In this document: positions 18,055 to 28,318 of the stretch, in pieces
Position numbering within the stretch: the stretch's first letter is position 1
How the letters are laid out: each line of letters begins with the position of its first letter
Assembly (NCBI GenBank): GCA_025351245.1
Contig: JANXWH010000133.1
Span: 1,450-65,449 of the forward strand
Length of the DNA: 64,000 bases
Direction: 5' to 3'
Source of the DNA: Chloroflexota bacterium
GTDB lineage: Bacteria; Chloroflexota; Limnocylindria; Limnocylindrales; CSP1-4
Position numbers and translations under genes: made by a program
The notes under the pieces: model-generated
The model's database searches: none
Seen by the model: only the letters and a program-made list of their open reading frames with translations
What the model was told of the DNA's origin: nothing

Positions 18055-19236
18055 CTACGGTGTCACCTCCGCCGCGGGCGCGTCCGCGGCAGCCGGGGTC
18101 TCGACCGCGACGGGCGCGTCCGCGACAGCCGGGGTCTCGACCGCGGCGGCTGCCGGGAGATCCAGGGCGTCACCCGGCGCGGTCGCGGGAAGCGCCGCGG
18201 CCTCGTGCGCCGGCGCGTCGCTCCGGATGTCGATCCGCCAGCCGGTCATCTTCGCCGCCAGGCGGGCGTTCTGCCCTTCGCGCCCGATCGCCAGCGAGAG
18301 CATCTTCTCGGGAACGATGACGTTCGCGATCCGGTGCTCCTCGTCGATGTGCACGGCCACGACCTGCGCGGGGCTGAGCGCCTTCGCGACGAAGATCGCC
18401 GGGTCCTCGTGCCACTCGATCACGTCGATCTTCTCGCCGGCAAGCTCGGCGACCACGGCCTGGACGCGGGCGCCGCGCTGGCCCACCGTCGCCCCGACCG
18501 GGTCCAGGCCCTCCTGGCGAGACGCCACGGCCACCTTGGAGCGACTGCCCGGCTCGCGGGCGATGGCCTTGATCTCCACGGTGCCGGCGTGGATCTCCGG
18601 GACCTCCAGCTCGAAGAGCCGGCGCAGGAAACCCTTGTGCGTGCGGCTGACCAGGACCTGGGGGCCCTTCGGCGCGCGGCGAACCTCCAGCACGAACGCC
18701 TTGACGTTCTGGCCGATCCGGTAGTGCTCCACGGGGGACTGCTCGGTCGTGGCGAGAATCGCCTCTGCCTTGCCGAGGTCGAGGATGATTGCCCGTGGCT
18801 CGACCCGGTTGACGGTCCCGGTGATGAGATCACCCTCGCGACTGGCGAACTGGTCGTAGACGACGTCACGCTCGGCCTCGCGCAGGCGCTGCAGGACGAC
18901 CTGTTTCGCGGTCTGGGCGCCGATCCGTCCAAAGGCGTCCTGGCCGAGCTGCTCCGTGACGACCTCGTCGCCCAGCTCGGCATCCGGCTTGATCGCCCTG
19001 GCCTCGTCGAGGGTCATCTCCGTGAGCGGGTCCTCCACGACGGCAACACAGCGGCGCTCGCGGGTCACGAGCATCTCGCCGCGCTCCGGGTCGATGCGGA
19101 CGCGAACGTCCTCGTTGCCCGAGATCCGGCGATACGCGGACTCGATCGCATCGGAGATCGTGAGGATGAGCTGCTCCCGCGGGACGCCCTTCTCGGCGTT
19201 GAGCTGGAGGAGGGCGCCCACGAAGTCACGGCTCAT
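18055..19236 (-). CDS. nusA: Transcription termination/antitermination factor NusA
   Basis: MSRDFVGALLQLNAEKGVPREQLILTISDAIESAYRR... then S1, KH1 and KH2. The ATG at 19236 is preceded by GGAGGTG. The C-terminal tail is Ala/Pro/Val-rich and repeat-encoded. Confidence 0.9.
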   Translation of the reverse strand: MSRDFVGALLQLNAEKGVPREQLILTISDAIESAYRRISGNEDVRVRIDPERGEMLVTRERRCVAVVEDPLTEMTLDEARAIKPDAELGDEVVTEQLGQDAFGRIGAQTAKQVVLQRLREAERDVVYDQFASREGDLITGTVNRVEPRAIILDLGKAEAILATTEQSPVEHYRIGQNVKAFVLEVRRAPKGPQVLVSRTHKGFLRRLFELEVPEIHAGTVEIKAIAREPGSRSKVAVASRQEGLDPVGATVGQRGARVQAVVAELAGEKIDVIEWHEDPAIFVAKALSPAQVVAVHIDEEHRIANVIVPEKMLSLAIGREGQNARLAAKMTGWRIDIRSDAPAHEAAALPATAPGDALDLPAAAAVETPAVADAPVAVETPAAADAPAAEVTP

Positions 19237-19288
19237 GTGGTGCACCTCCAAGCTCATGTTCGACGCACGGCGGCCGGTCGCGGCCGAC

Positions 19289-19317
19289 CGAAAGAAAAAC
19301 GTGGGGGTCACCCACGT
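19289..19317 (-). terminator. Intrinsic terminator/attenuator in the nusA leader (7-bp GC stem, 5-nt loop, UUUUUCUUUC)
   Basis: Minus strand reads ACGUGGG-UGACC-CCCACGU followed by UUUUUCUUUCGG. It lies 55-80 nt upstream of the nusA ATG and downstream of the TATACTCC box at 19349..19354. It is one of the few A/T-rich stretches in the window. Confidence 0.6.
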
Positions 19318-19348
19318 CATGGAGCGGCGCGGTCGAAGTTCCGCGGAG

Positions 19349-19354
19349 TATACC
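19349..19354 (-). promoter_or_regulatory. -10-like TATACTCC box upstream of the nusA leader
   Basis: Minus strand reads ...gtggggTATACTCCgcgg..., about 30 nt upstream of the leader hairpin. The same TATACTCC core occurs upstream of asd and rplS. Confidence 0.4.
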
Positions 19355-19424
19355 CCACTTGGGGGCCGTCCTCCCTGTAGCCGTTCCGGACGACCGCGCG
19401 CACGCCGCCGCCGGGCAGTGCCGG

Positions 19425-20699
19425 CTAGGTCGTCGGCCCGGTCGTGGCGACCGCGTCGGGCACGCCCCCGGGGGTCGGGTAGCGCCGCGCTACGTACTCC
19501 TCGAGCAGCCCGATGAAGCGGGCCACGATGTCGTCGCCGCGGTACGTGGCGTGCAGCGTGCCGTCCACGAAGACCGGCGCGACCGGCTCCTCGAAGGTGC
19601 CCGGCAGGCTGATCCCGATGTCCGCGTGCTTGCTCTCGCCCGGTCCGTTGACGACGCAACCCATCACGGCGACCTTGAGATCCTCCACGCCGGGGTGGAG
19701 CTCTCGCCAGGCCGGCATGCGTTCCTTGAGGTGCGCCTGGATGTCGCGCGCCATCTCCTGGAAGAAGACGGACGTCGTCCGCCCGCAGCCCGGACAGGCG
19801 CTCACCTGCGGCGCGAAGCTGCGCAGTCCCAGCGACTGCAGGACCTGCTGGGCGACCTCCACCTCGAGCTCCCGCCCGGCGCCGGGTTCCGGCGTCAGCG
19901 AGACGCGGATCGTGTCCCCGATCCCCTCACTGAGGAGGACGCTGAGGCCGGCCGTGGAGGCAACGATCCCCTTCATGCCCATGCCGGCCTCCGTGAGGCC
20001 AAGGTGGAGCGGATAGTCGCATTGCGCCGCCAGCCGACGGTAGATATCCACGAGGTCGCGGACGCCCGACACCTTGGCGCTCACGATGATCCGGTCGTGG
20101 CCGAGCCCGGTCTCCTCGGCCAACTCCGCGGACCGGAGCGCCGAGGCGAGCATGGCCTCGATCATCACGTCCCGGCTGTCGCGGGGCGACGCAAGGGCGG
20201 CATTCGCCTCCATCATCGAGGTCAAGAGGGCCGGGTCCAGCGAACCCCAGTTGACGCCGATCCGGATGGGCCGGTCATGCTCGATGGCGACCCGCACGAT
20301 CGTCTGGAAATTGTGGTCGTGGCGCTTCGCGCCCACGTTGCCGGGATTGATCCGGTACTTCGCCAGCGCCCGCGCCGCCTCCGGGTGGTCAACGAGGAGC
20401 TGGTGGCCGTTGTAGTGGAAGTCACCCACGATGGGCGTCTCGAAGCCGAGGTCCCGGACCTTCCGGACCATCTCCGGCACGGCGGCCGCGGCGGCCTCCG
20501 TGTTGACGGTCACCCGGACCAGCTGGGAGCCGGCGGCGGCGAGCCGGACGACCTGGAGCGCGGTCGCGTCGGCGTCCGCCGTGTCCGTGTTCGTCATCGA
20601 CTGGACGACCACCGGGTGGGCGCTTCCCACGAGCACGCCGCCCACATCGACCGACGCGGTGGGTCGACGGCGTGGGCGCAGCTGATCGGCGCTCGTCAC
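19425..20699 (-). CDS. ispG: 4-hydroxy-3-methylbut-2-enyl diphosphate synthase (IspG/GcpE)
   Basis: [29 protein letters not shown]...GDFHYNGH...RINPGN...CPGCGRT. The GTG at 20699 is preceded by GGAGG and overlaps the rseP stop as GTGA. Confidence 0.9.
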   Translation of the reverse strand: MTSADQLRPRRRPTASVDVGGVLVGSAHPVVVQSMTNTDTADADATALQVVRLAAAGSQLVRVTVNTEAAAAAVPEMVRKVRDLGFETPIVGDFHYNGHQLLVDHPEAARALAKYRINPGNVGAKRHDHNFQTIVRVAIEHDRPIRIGVNWGSLDPALLTSMMEANAALASPRDSRDVMIEAMLASALRSAELAEETGLGHDRIIVSAKVSGVRDLVDIYRRLAAQCDYPLHLGLTEAGMGMKGIVASTAGLSVLLSEGIGDTIRVSLTPEPGAGRELEVEVAQQVLQSLGLRSFAPQVSACPGCGRTTSVFFQEMARDIQAHLKERMPAWRELHPGVEDLKVAVMGCVVNGPGESKHADIGISLPGTFEEPVAPVFVDGTLHATYRGDDIVARFIGLLEEYVARRYPTPGGVPDAVATTGPTT

Positions 20700-21850
20700 G
20701 GCGTGCCTCCCCCCACCTGCCGGGCGATGTCGAAGTACGTGATCCAGATGAGGAACCCGAACAGGAAGACGAACCCGACCAGGTAGGTCAGGCGCTCCAC
20801 CGAGATGGCTGTCTGCTCCGAGAGGCCCCCGCCGCGCACACCCGCCCGGCGCAAGAGCGCCCCGCCGCGCGCGAGGAGGGACTTGAGGAGGAGCACAAGG
20901 ATGCGGCCGCCGTCCAGGGGCGGGAAGGGCAGGATGTTCACCAGGGCGAGGTTCGCCGAGAGCAGACCGGCAAGGTAGAGCGTGAAGATCGGGCCGAGCT
21001 GCCAGAAGACGTCGCCGACCTGGACGGCGATCCCGATCGGCCCGGTGACGGGCGGCGCCTGGGTGGGATTGGATGCGATTGACGAGACGAGCGAGGCGAG
21101 CCCGTCGATGATGAGCCGGAACGCGCTCACGGTCCACGCTGCACCCGTCTCGACCGCGGCAAGCGGGTCGCGCCCGGCGTACGCGCCGGAGAAGGCCAGG
21201 CCCGCGCCCCGAATCCCGAGGGCGCCCTTGTCTGCGGCGACATCGGGTGGCCGCAGCGTCACTGTGACGTCGCGCTTGGCACCGTCCGCGGCGCGCACGC
21301 GGAGCTTGACCGTGTGGCCGGCCCGCTCGCGGAGCGCCGCAATCGCGTGCTGTCCGGCCTCCGGGCTCGGGAGGAGGTCGAACGTGGTCCCGTCGATCGC
21401 GAGGATCGTCTCGCCGGCCCGCAGGCCGGAGAGGTCCGCCGGGGATCCGGCCACGACCTCATTGAAGATGATGCCGCCCTGCGGCGTGGCGAGCCAGGCG
21501 ATCCCGGTGAAGATCACGAACGCCAGCAGCAGGTTCATGCCGACCCCGGCGAGCAGGACCAGCAGCTTCTTCGGGAGCGCGGCGACGGCGAAGGAGCGCG
21601 GGTCGTCGGAGTCGCCGTCCTCGCCCTCGAGCCGCACGAAGCCGCCGATCGGCAGCCAGTTGAGCGTGTAGATGGTCTCGCCGCGGTCGCGCATGACCTT
21701 TGCTCGCGGCGGGAACCCGATCCCGAACTCGTGGACGCGGATGCCGAAGAAGCGTGCCAACACGAAGTGGCCGAACTCGTGAATCACGACGAGCGCGCAG
21801 AGGATGAAGATGAAGAGGAGGATCGTGATCGCCCCCTGGATGATCGCCAT
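20696..21850 (-). CDS. rseP: RIP metalloprotease RseP (site-2 protease) with PDZ domain
   Basis: The N-terminal TM helix carries [13 protein letters not shown] (HExxH). A PDZ domain ([23 protein letters not shown]) is followed by C-terminal TM helices. Confidence 0.85.
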   Translation of the reverse strand: MAIIQGAITILLFIFILCALVVIHEFGHFVLARFFGIRVHEFGIGFPPRAKVMRDRGETIYTLNWLPIGGFVRLEGEDGDSDDPRSFAVAALPKKLLVLLAGVGMNLLLAFVIFTGIAWLATPQGGIIFNEVVAGSPADLSGLRAGETILAIDGTTFDLLPSPEAGQHAIAALRERAGHTVKLRVRAADGAKRDVTVTLRPPDVAADKGALGIRGAGLAFSGAYAGRDPLAAVETGAAWTVSAFRLIIDGLASLVSSIASNPTQAPPVTGPIGIAVQVGDVFWQLGPIFTLYLAGLLSANLALVNILPFPPLDGGRILVLLLKSLLARGGALLRRAGVRGGGLSEQTAISVERLTYLVGFVFLFGFLIWITYFDIARQVGGGTP

Positions 21851-21858
21851 GACTCCTC

Positions 21859-23088
21859 CTACGCGGGGCGCTCGCCGGCGGTTCCCGACGCGCTGAACGC
21901 GGCGCGGACCTCGCGGTCCAGCGCGACGAGGTCATCGTACCCCGGAGCCTGCCCGGCACCCGTGCCGAAGCGGGCGACGGCATCCTCGAGGAGGCGTGGG
22001 ATCCCGGGGAAGTCGAGCGTCCCGTCCAGGAAACGCGCGACGGCCACCTCGTCCGCGGCGATCAGCGCGGCGGTGGCGCGTGACCCGAGCATCCCGGCCT
22101 CGCGGGCAATCCGGAGCGCCGGGAAGCGCGACTCGTCGGTCGCACGGAACTCCAGCCGGCCGGCGGCCACGAGGTCCGCCGCGGCGGCCGGCGATGGCCG
22201 ACGGGACGGGTACGTGATCGCGTACTGGATGGGGAGCCGCATGTCCGGGGTGCCCAGCTGGGCCTTGAGCGACCCATCCACGAAGCGGACAGCCGAGTGG
22301 ACCACCGACTGGGGATGGGTGACAACCTCGATGGCTGGGTACGCCATGCCGTAGAGCCAGTGCGCCTCGATCACCTCGAGGCCCTTGTTGGCGAGCGTCG
22401 CCGAGTCGATCGTGATCTTCGCGCCCATGCTCCACGTCGGGTGGCGGAGCGCCATCGCCGGTGTGATGCCAGCGAACGCCCCGGTCGGCGTGTCGAGGAA
22501 CGGGCCGCCGGACGCCGTCAGGACGAGCGCGGCAACTCCCGCCATCTCTTCGCCGACCAGGCACTGCCAGATCGCGGAGTGCTCCGAGTCGATCGGTCGG
22601 AGCCAGCCGAGCGGGCTGGCGAGGGGCCCGCGCGGGTTGGCTGCGGCATGCTCCGCGGCGCGGGCGCGGGCCTCGGCCATCACGAGATGGCCGCCAGCCA
22701 CGAGCGTCTCCTTGTTCGCGGTGGCGACCACCTTGCCGGCTCGAAGCGCCGCGAGGACCGGGCGGAGGCTCACGATGCCACCCGTCGCGACCACCACGAG
22801 GTCGACGTCGGCGCGGGTCGCGAGCTCGACGAGCGCATCGGTGCCGTGGACGCGAAGCGTGCCGCCCGGGAGGTCGAGCGGTGCCTCGTCTCCCAGCGCG
22901 ACCGCGGCCGGCCGAAACTGCCGGGCCTGGGATTCGAGGAGCGCCGCCTGCGAGCCGGTCGCGAGCGCCACGACGCGCCAGGCGGGAGCGAGCCCGGCCA
23001 GCACGTCGAGCGCCTGCCTCCCGACCGACCCGCCGGAGCCGAGGAGCGCGACGCGGACGGGCGGGCGCGACCGACCCGGGTCAGCCAT
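21859..23088 (-). CDS. dxr: 1-deoxy-D-xylulose 5-phosphate reductoisomerase
   Basis: RVALLGSGGSVGRQALDVLAG... is the NADPH-binding N-terminus. The ATG at 23088 overlaps the cdsA stop. The 468-aa track ORF is an over-extension. Confidence 0.9.
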   Translation of the reverse strand: MADPGRSRPPVRVALLGSGGSVGRQALDVLAGLAPAWRVVALATGSQAALLESQARQFRPAAVALGDEAPLDLPGGTLRVHGTDALVELATRADVDLVVVATGGIVSLRPVLAALRAGKVVATANKETLVAGGHLVMAEARARAAEHAAANPRGPLASPLGWLRPIDSEHSAIWQCLVGEEMAGVAALVLTASGGPFLDTPTGAFAGITPAMALRHPTWSMGAKITIDSATLANKGLEVIEAHWLYGMAYPAIEVVTHPQSVVHSAVRFVDGSLKAQLGTPDMRLPIQYAITYPSRRPSPAAAADLVAAGRLEFRATDESRFPALRIAREAGMLGSRATAALIAADEVAVARFLDGTLDFPGIPRLLEDAVARFGTGAGQAPGYDDLVALDREVRAAFSASGTAGERPA

Positions 23089-23959
23089 GGACGAGGGCGA
23101 CCCACGCGGCCAGCACGGGCGCCGCGAAGAGGATCGAGTCGATCCGGTCGAGGATCCCGCCGTGGCCCGGCAGGAGGGTGCCGGAGTCCTTGACGCCGGC
23201 CGCGCGCTTGAGGAGGCTCTCCGCGAGGTCTCCCGCCTGGGCGGCAGCGCCGAGGAGTGGCCCAAGGATCAGGGCCTCCCGCGGGTTGTCGGACGTCGCG
23301 AGGAGGACGAGCGCGACGGCCGCGGTGGCCCCAACGAGGCCGCCCAGGACACCCTCGACGGTCTTCTTCGGTGAGATCCACGGCAGGAACGACCGCCGCC
23401 CGATCGCACGGCCCACGAGGTAGGCACCGGTGTCGAAGCTCCAGACCCCCGCCAGGAGCACGAGGATCCAGCGCCGCTCGGGCAGGATGACCCGCTCGAA
23501 ATGCCCCGGGTCCGTCCACTGGGTGGTCAGCATCGCCACGGCCCCCAGCAGCCCAACGTACAGGGCCCCGAAGAGCGTGGCCGACCACGCGGCAAAGCCG
23601 GCGGCGGGGTCACGGCGGGCGAAGGCTGCGACGGCCAGGCCGACGGCGACCACCCCGACGAGGGTGACGCCGTCGATCGCGTTGACGCGCGCCGCGAAGT
23701 CGAGGGCCGCCGCAGGCCGGCCCAGCAGGTGACTGCCGAGGATCGCCGGGATCGCCGCTGCCACGACGAGGACGGCCGCCCCCGCGACGACCCCGTGACG
23801 GATGACCGGCCGGCCCGCGAGCGACAGCAGCCGCCCGGCCTCGCGCGCCGCCACGACCGCGAGGAGCACGGTCAGGATGCCGACCCCGACGCCGCCGAGC
23901 GCGATCGCGGCTACGACGACCGGTACGATGACGATCGCGCTCAGGGTCCGCTCGCGCAC
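23081..23959 (-). CDS. cdsA: Phosphatidate cytidylyltransferase
   Basis: A multi-TM protein with the C-terminal CTP-transferase signature SPKKTVEGVLGGLVGA...FKRAAGVKDSGTLLPGHGGILDRIDS. Confidence 0.85.
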   Translation of the reverse strand: MRERTLSAIVIVPVVVAAIALGGVGVGILTVLLAVVAAREAGRLLSLAGRPVIRHGVVAGAAVLVVAAAIPAILGSHLLGRPAAALDFAARVNAIDGVTLVGVVAVGLAVAAFARRDPAAGFAAWSATLFGALYVGLLGAVAMLTTQWTDPGHFERVILPERRWILVLLAGVWSFDTGAYLVGRAIGRRSFLPWISPKKTVEGVLGGLVGATAAVALVLLATSDNPREALILGPLLGAAAQAGDLAESLLKRAAGVKDSGTLLPGHGGILDRIDSILFAAPVLAAWVALVHG

Positions 23960-23968
23960 GGGGTCGCC

Positions 23969-24745
23969 CTAGGTCCCGAAGCGGCGAGAGCGCCGCGCGA
24001 ACTCCTCGAGCGCGGTGTCGAACGCCCCGGCATCGAAGTCCGGCCAGAGCGCCGCGCAGGAGTGGAACTCCGCGTAGGCCGACTGCCAGATCAGGAAGTT
24101 CGAGAGGCGTTGCTCGCCGCCGGTCCGGATCACGAGGTCCGGGTCGGGCAGGCCCGCGGTGTAGAGATGGGCCGCGACGGTGGCCTCGTCGATCTCGTCG
24201 GTCGGAGTCCCGGCCGCGACGATGGCCCGGACCGCGTCCACGATCTCGGTCCGGCCCGCGTAGTTAAAGGCGATGTTGAGGGTCAGGCGCGTGCCGCCCT
24301 CGGTCGCCGCGAGGGCCTCCGTGATCGAGCCCCGGATGTCGGCAGGCACCTCGGCCAGGCGTCCCGAGACGCGCACGCAGACCCCCTGCCGGACCAGCTC
24401 CGGCGTCTCGGCGCGGATCGCCTGGTCGAGCAGCGAGAACAGCCCCGTCACCTCGTCGTCGGAGCGAGCCCAGTTCTCGCGGCTGAACGCGTAGACAGAG
24501 AGGACGGCGATCCCGCGCCCGATCGCGTGCTCCACGAGCCAGCGGATCTTGTCGACCCCAGCCGCATGTCCCTCGAGCTCCGGCACGCCGTGGGCACGCG
24601 CCCAGCGACGATTGCCATCCATGATGATCGCCACGTGGGTCGGCCGGGGACCCGCCTCGGGCGCGTCGTCCGTCCCGGGCGCGAGCGGCTCCCCGTGGGC
24701 GGCGGGTGGCGCGTCGGTGGGCCGGGCCAGCTGGGCGCGGCTCAC
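23969..24745 (-). CDS. uppS: Isoprenyl transferase (undecaprenyl-diphosphate synthase)
   Basis: HVAIIMDGNRRWARAHG...AFSRENWARS...LNIAFNYAGR is the cis-prenyltransferase signature. Confidence 0.9.
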   Translation of the reverse strand: MSRAQLARPTDAPPAAHGEPLAPGTDDAPEAGPRPTHVAIIMDGNRRWARAHGVPELEGHAAGVDKIRWLVEHAIGRGIAVLSVYAFSRENWARSDDEVTGLFSLLDQAIRAETPELVRQGVCVRVSGRLAEVPADIRGSITEALAATEGGTRLTLNIAFNYAGRTEIVDAVRAIVAAGTPTDEIDEATVAAHLYTAGLPDPDLVIRTGGEQRLSNFLIWQSAYAEFHSCAALWPDFDAGAFDTALEEFARRSRRFGT

Positions 24746-25303
24746 CTAGACCTCGAGGACCTCGCGCTCCTTGGCCCCGCCCACCTTGTCGACCTCGGCG
24801 ATCTGGCGATCCGTGACCTTCTGGAGGACTTCCAGCTCGCGATGCGCCTCGTCCGTTCCGAGCTCGCCGTCGCGCTCCTCCTTCTTGATCGCGTCGGCGG
24901 CCTCGCGGCGCAGGTTCCGGATCTCGACCCGGGCTTCCTCCATCCGGCGATGGACGACCTTGACGATGTCGCGCCGACGCTCTTCGGTCAGCTGCGGGAT
25001 GTTGAGTCGAACCACCGTGCCGTCGACGTTCGGGGTCAGACCCACGTCGCTCTTGAGGATGGCCTTCTCGATCGCTCCGAGCACGCTCCGGTCCCACGGC
25101 TGGATCACGATCTGGTGCGGCTCCGGGACGCTGATGCCGGCCAGCTGGTTGAGGGGCGTGGACGTGCCGTAGTACTCGACGTGGATCCGCTCGACGAGGG
25201 CGGTCGAGGCCCGGCCGGTCCGAATCCCCTGCAGGTCACGCTCCAGGATTTCGACGGCGCGCGTCATCTTCGGCTCGATGGCCCCGAGGACCAGGCTGCT
25301 CAT
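24746..25303 (-). CDS. frr: Ribosome recycling factor
   Basis: [50 protein letters not shown]... Length 185 aa. Confidence 0.95.
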   Translation of the reverse strand: MSSLVLGAIEPKMTRAVEILERDLQGIRTGRASTALVERIHVEYYGTSTPLNQLAGISVPEPHQIVIQPWDRSVLGAIEKAILKSDVGLTPNVDGTVVRLNIPQLTEERRRDIVKVVHRRMEEARVEIRNLRREAADAIKKEERDGELGTDEAHRELEVLQKVTDRQIAEVDKVGGAKEREVLEV

Positions 25304-26070
25304 GCGGGGGTACCTCCGGCGATGCGGGTCCCGACCTGCTCCCCCATTGCGGCCCGGCGCACGTTGTCGGGCTGGTTCAGGTCGAAGACGATGATCGGAA
25401 GATCATTCTCCATGCAGAGCGAGACGGCCGTCGTGTCCAGCACGGCGAGCCGCCTGGCCAGGACGTCCGCGAACGTGAGCTCCGTGTAGCGCTGCGCGTC
25501 CGGGTGGGTCACCGGGTCGGCCTCGTAGACGCCGTCGACCTTGGTGGCCTTGAGGAGCACGGATGCGCCGATCTCGACAGCCCGCAGCGCTGCGGCCGTG
25601 TCGGTCGTGAAGTACGGGTTGCCAGTCCCGGCCACGAAGATCGCGACCCGGCCTTTCTCGAGGTGGCGGATCGCGCGTCGCCGGATATACGGCTCGGCGA
25701 CTTCGTTCATGGCGATGGCGGTCATCACCCGGGTCGGGACGCCGGCCCGTTCCAGCGCGTCCTGCAGCGCGAGCCCGTTCATGACCGTGGCCAGCATGCC
25801 GATGTAATCGCCGGTGGCGCGATCCATCCCGCGGGCGGCCGCCGCGAGGCCGCGAAAGATGTTGCCGCCCCCGACCACGATCCCGACCTGGACGCCGGCC
25901 GTCCGGGCGGCCCCGACCTGGCCGGCAATGAACGCGCAGAAAGCAGGGTCGACGCCGTACTGGCGCTCGCCGAGGAGCGCTTCGCCGGAGATCTTGAGCA
26001 GGACCCGGCCGTACCGAGGCGTCGACACGCGGCCGGCCGTCGCCGCGGTCCTGGCCCCGGCCTCGCTCAC
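25300..26070 (-). CDS. pyrH: UMP kinase
   Basis: [11 protein letters not shown]...[13 protein letters not shown]...[20 protein letters not shown]. Confidence 0.95.
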   Translation of the reverse strand: MSEAGARTAATAGRVSTPRYGRVLLKISGEALLGERQYGVDPAFCAFIAGQVGAARTAGVQVGIVVGGGNIFRGLAAAARGMDRATGDYIGMLATVMNGLALQDALERAGVPTRVMTAIAMNEVAEPYIRRRAIRHLEKGRVAIFVAGTGNPYFTTDTAAALRAVEIGASVLLKATKVDGVYEADPVTHPDAQRYTELTFADVLARRLAVLDTTAVSLCMENDLPIIVFDLNQPDNVRRAAMGEQVGTRIAGGTPA

Positions 26071-26666
26071 AGCTCCTCGCCGAGCGCGTAGCGGGCGAAG
26101 CGGCGGACGCGGATGTTCTCGCCGATCGTGGCGATCGCCGCCGTGACGAGGTCGCGAACGCTCAGGTCGGTGTCACGGAACGGCTGCTCCATGAGGCAGA
26201 CCTCGGCGTACCACTTCTTGAGTTGGCCCTCGACGATCTGCGGCCGGATGTGCTCCGGCTTCTTCTGGGTGGCCTCGTCCGCCAGGAGGGCGGCGTTCTT
26301 CGCCTCCAGGTCCGCGGCGGGGATCCGGTCCACGTCCACGTAGGCTGGAGCGAGGCCGGCGACCTGGACTGCCAGATCGTGGACCAGCTTCTGGAACTGC
26401 TCGGTCCGCGCGACGAAGTCCGTCTCGCAGTTGACCTCGATGAGGACACCGACGCGACCGCCCGGATGGATGTAGCTGGAGACCAGGCCATCGCGCGCCT
26501 CGCGCCCGGCCCGCTTCGCGGCCGAGGCCAGACCGCGCTCGCGGAGGAGGGTCATGGCCTGCTCGAGGACGCCGTCCGATTCCTCGAGGGCGTGCTTGCA
26601 GTCCATGAACCCGGCGCCGGTGCGGTCGCGAAGCTCCTTGACGTCGCTCGCGGAGAAGTTCGCCAT
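26067..26666 (-). CDS. tsf: Elongation factor Ts
   Basis: [32 protein letters not shown]... The ATG at 26666 is preceded by GGAGA. The track start at 26741 is an over-extension. Confidence 0.9.
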   Translation of the reverse strand: MANFSASDVKELRDRTGAGFMDCKHALEESDGVLEQAMTLLRERGLASAAKRAGREARDGLVSSYIHPGGRVGVLIEVNCETDFVARTEQFQKLVHDLAVQVAGLAPAYVDVDRIPAADLEAKNAALLADEATQKKPEHIRPQIVEGQLKKWYAEVCLMEQPFRDTDLSVRDLVTAAIATIGENIRVRRFARYALGEEL

Positions 26667-26737
26667 GGGTGGGTGCGTCTCCTGTCGGGTTCGGCCGGTG
26701 ACGGGCTCGCCGCCGGCCGGGCTGGGATACCGGAGGG

Positions 26738-27643
26738 TCACTCGGCCGGGCTGACCAGATCCGTCGTCGCGGCTGCCTCGGCCGGGGCGGCGGTTGCCAC
26801 TCCCGGCAGGAGCGCCTCCTCCTCGACGTCAGGCTCGAAGGTGAGCGACCCGCCGGCCGCGAGCTGCGCGACGAGATCGTCCGCCGAGGCCATCTCGTCC
26901 GCCTCGAAGGCTGCCCCCATCTCCGGCTCCGGCTCAGGCTCGCGGTCGCTACGGGCGGCGCGCTCGCGGCCCCCCTCGATCGCGGCATCGGCGATCAGCG
27001 AGCAGAGCAGCCGGATGGCGCGGATCGCGTCGTCGTTGCCCGGGATGATGTAGTCGAGCTCGTCCGGGTTGACGTTCGTGTCGCCGGTCCCGATGATCGG
27101 GATCTCAAGCTTGATGCATTCCGCGACCGCGATCCGCTCACGGGCCGGGTCGATGATGAAGACCGCGCCGGGCAGGCGCCGCATCTTCCGGATCCCGCCG
27201 AGCGAGAGCTTCAGCTTGCGCAGCTCCTCGGAAAGGACGGCGGCTTCCTTCTTCGACAGGCGGTCGAAGTCTCCGTTGATCTGGCGGGCCTCGAGCTGCT
27301 CGAGGAGGCCGAGGCGCTTCTTTATCGTCACGAAGTTCGTGAGCATCCCGCCGAGCCAGCGGCTGGTGACGTACGGCTGGCCCGCGCGCTCGGACTCCTC
27401 GATGATCGGCTCCTGCGCCTGCTTCTTCGTGCCGACGAAGAGGACCTGCTCGCCGCGGGCGGTGGTCTCGCGGATCGCGTCGAGGGCGAGGTCGAGGCGT
27501 TTGACCGTCTGGGCCAGGTCGATGATGTGGATCCCATTGCGCTCCGCGAAGATGAACGGGCGCATCTTGGGATTCCAGCGGCGGGTCTGGTGGCCGAAGT
27601 GAACGCCGGCCTCGAGGAGCTGCCGCATGGAGACGGTGGGCAC
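26738..27643 (-). CDS. rpsB: 30S ribosomal protein S2 (with an acidic C-terminal extension)
   Basis: [42 protein letters not shown]... The GTG start is preceded by AGGAGGT. Confidence 0.95.
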   Translation of the reverse strand: MPTVSMRQLLEAGVHFGHQTRRWNPKMRPFIFAERNGIHIIDLAQTVKRLDLALDAIRETTARGEQVLFVGTKKQAQEPIIEESERAGQPYVTSRWLGGMLTNFVTIKKRLGLLEQLEARQINGDFDRLSKKEAAVLSEELRKLKLSLGGIRKMRRLPGAVFIIDPARERIAVAECIKLEIPIIGTGDTNVNPDELDYIIPGNDDAIRAIRLLCSLIADAAIEGGRERAARSDREPEPEPEMGAAFEADEMASADDLVAQLAAGGSLTFEPDVEEEALLPGVATAAPAEAAATTDLVSPAE

Positions 27644-27868
27644 GGGGATGGACCTCCTGTTCGGTTGTTCCTCCGCGGGCCCTGCCCCGGGACCGGGCTA
27701 CGCTTCCGCGGCCCGGCACCGACCCGAAAGCGTGGTCTGGCACCGCGTGTGATCTCGCCGGCCATGTTCTCGGCACGGCGGCAACCACCGGGCGATCCGG
27801 CGGCCGGGGCGGAGTCTACCACAGGGTCTCGGCCCGGCCGGGTCGCGGCCGCCCCTCGCGACGGTCGA
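27644..27868 (-). promoter_or_regulatory. rpsB upstream leader/promoter region (225 nt, GC-rich with several inverted repeats)
   Basis: A long untranslated gap between yraN and rpsB. rpsB leaders are commonly S2-autoregulated. No specific motif could be verified by eye. Confidence 0.3.
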
Positions 27869-28285
27869 TCAGCCGATCCCCCGATGGTGGCGAACTCGCG
27901 CCGGACCGCCGGGTGGCGACGGTGGCTCCAGGGCCACGAGATCCAGGCGGATCGGGAGATCCGGCAGGACCGTCCCATCGGGGAGCCTGCCTGCTTCGAG
28001 CAACCGGCCGACGCCGGCCCGGAGATGGGCGAGCTTGCGGCGATCGACCGTCTCCTCGGGCAGCCCGAAGTCGCGACGGCGACGCCAGCGCACCTCGACG
28101 ATCACGAGGGTCCGCGGAGGGCCGGGATCCACCGCCACGAGATCCAGCTCCGATCGTCCCGCGCGCACCCGGCGGCCGAGGAGCCGCCAGCCCCGCGCGG
28201 ACAACCGTGCGGCGACATCATCTTCGGCGGCGTCGCCCGCCCGCTGGGCGAGCGTCCGCGGCGAGGGAGGGTCGTGCGCGGCCAT
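27869..28285 (-). CDS. yraN: YraN family (UPF0102) endonuclease-like protein
   Basis: GDAAEDDVAARLSARGWRLLGRRVRAGRSELDLVAVDPGPPRTLVIVEVRWRR... Its position next to rnhB is typical. Confidence 0.7.
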   Translation of the reverse strand: MAAHDPPSPRTLAQRAGDAAEDDVAARLSARGWRLLGRRVRAGRSELDLVAVDPGPPRTLVIVEVRWRRRRDFGLPEETVDRRKLAHLRAGVGRLLEAGRLPDGTVLPDLPIRLDLVALEPPSPPGGPARVRHHRGIG

Positions 28286-28318
28286 GCCGCACCCTACCCG
28301 ACAGGGATCACCCCGGAC

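Noticed and set aside
19237-19424. Expected rimP gene upstream of nusA
   Set aside because: The gap is only 188 nt and has no coding potential in any frame. It contains a promoter-like box and a terminator hairpin instead, so rimP is evidently encoded elsewhere or absent.
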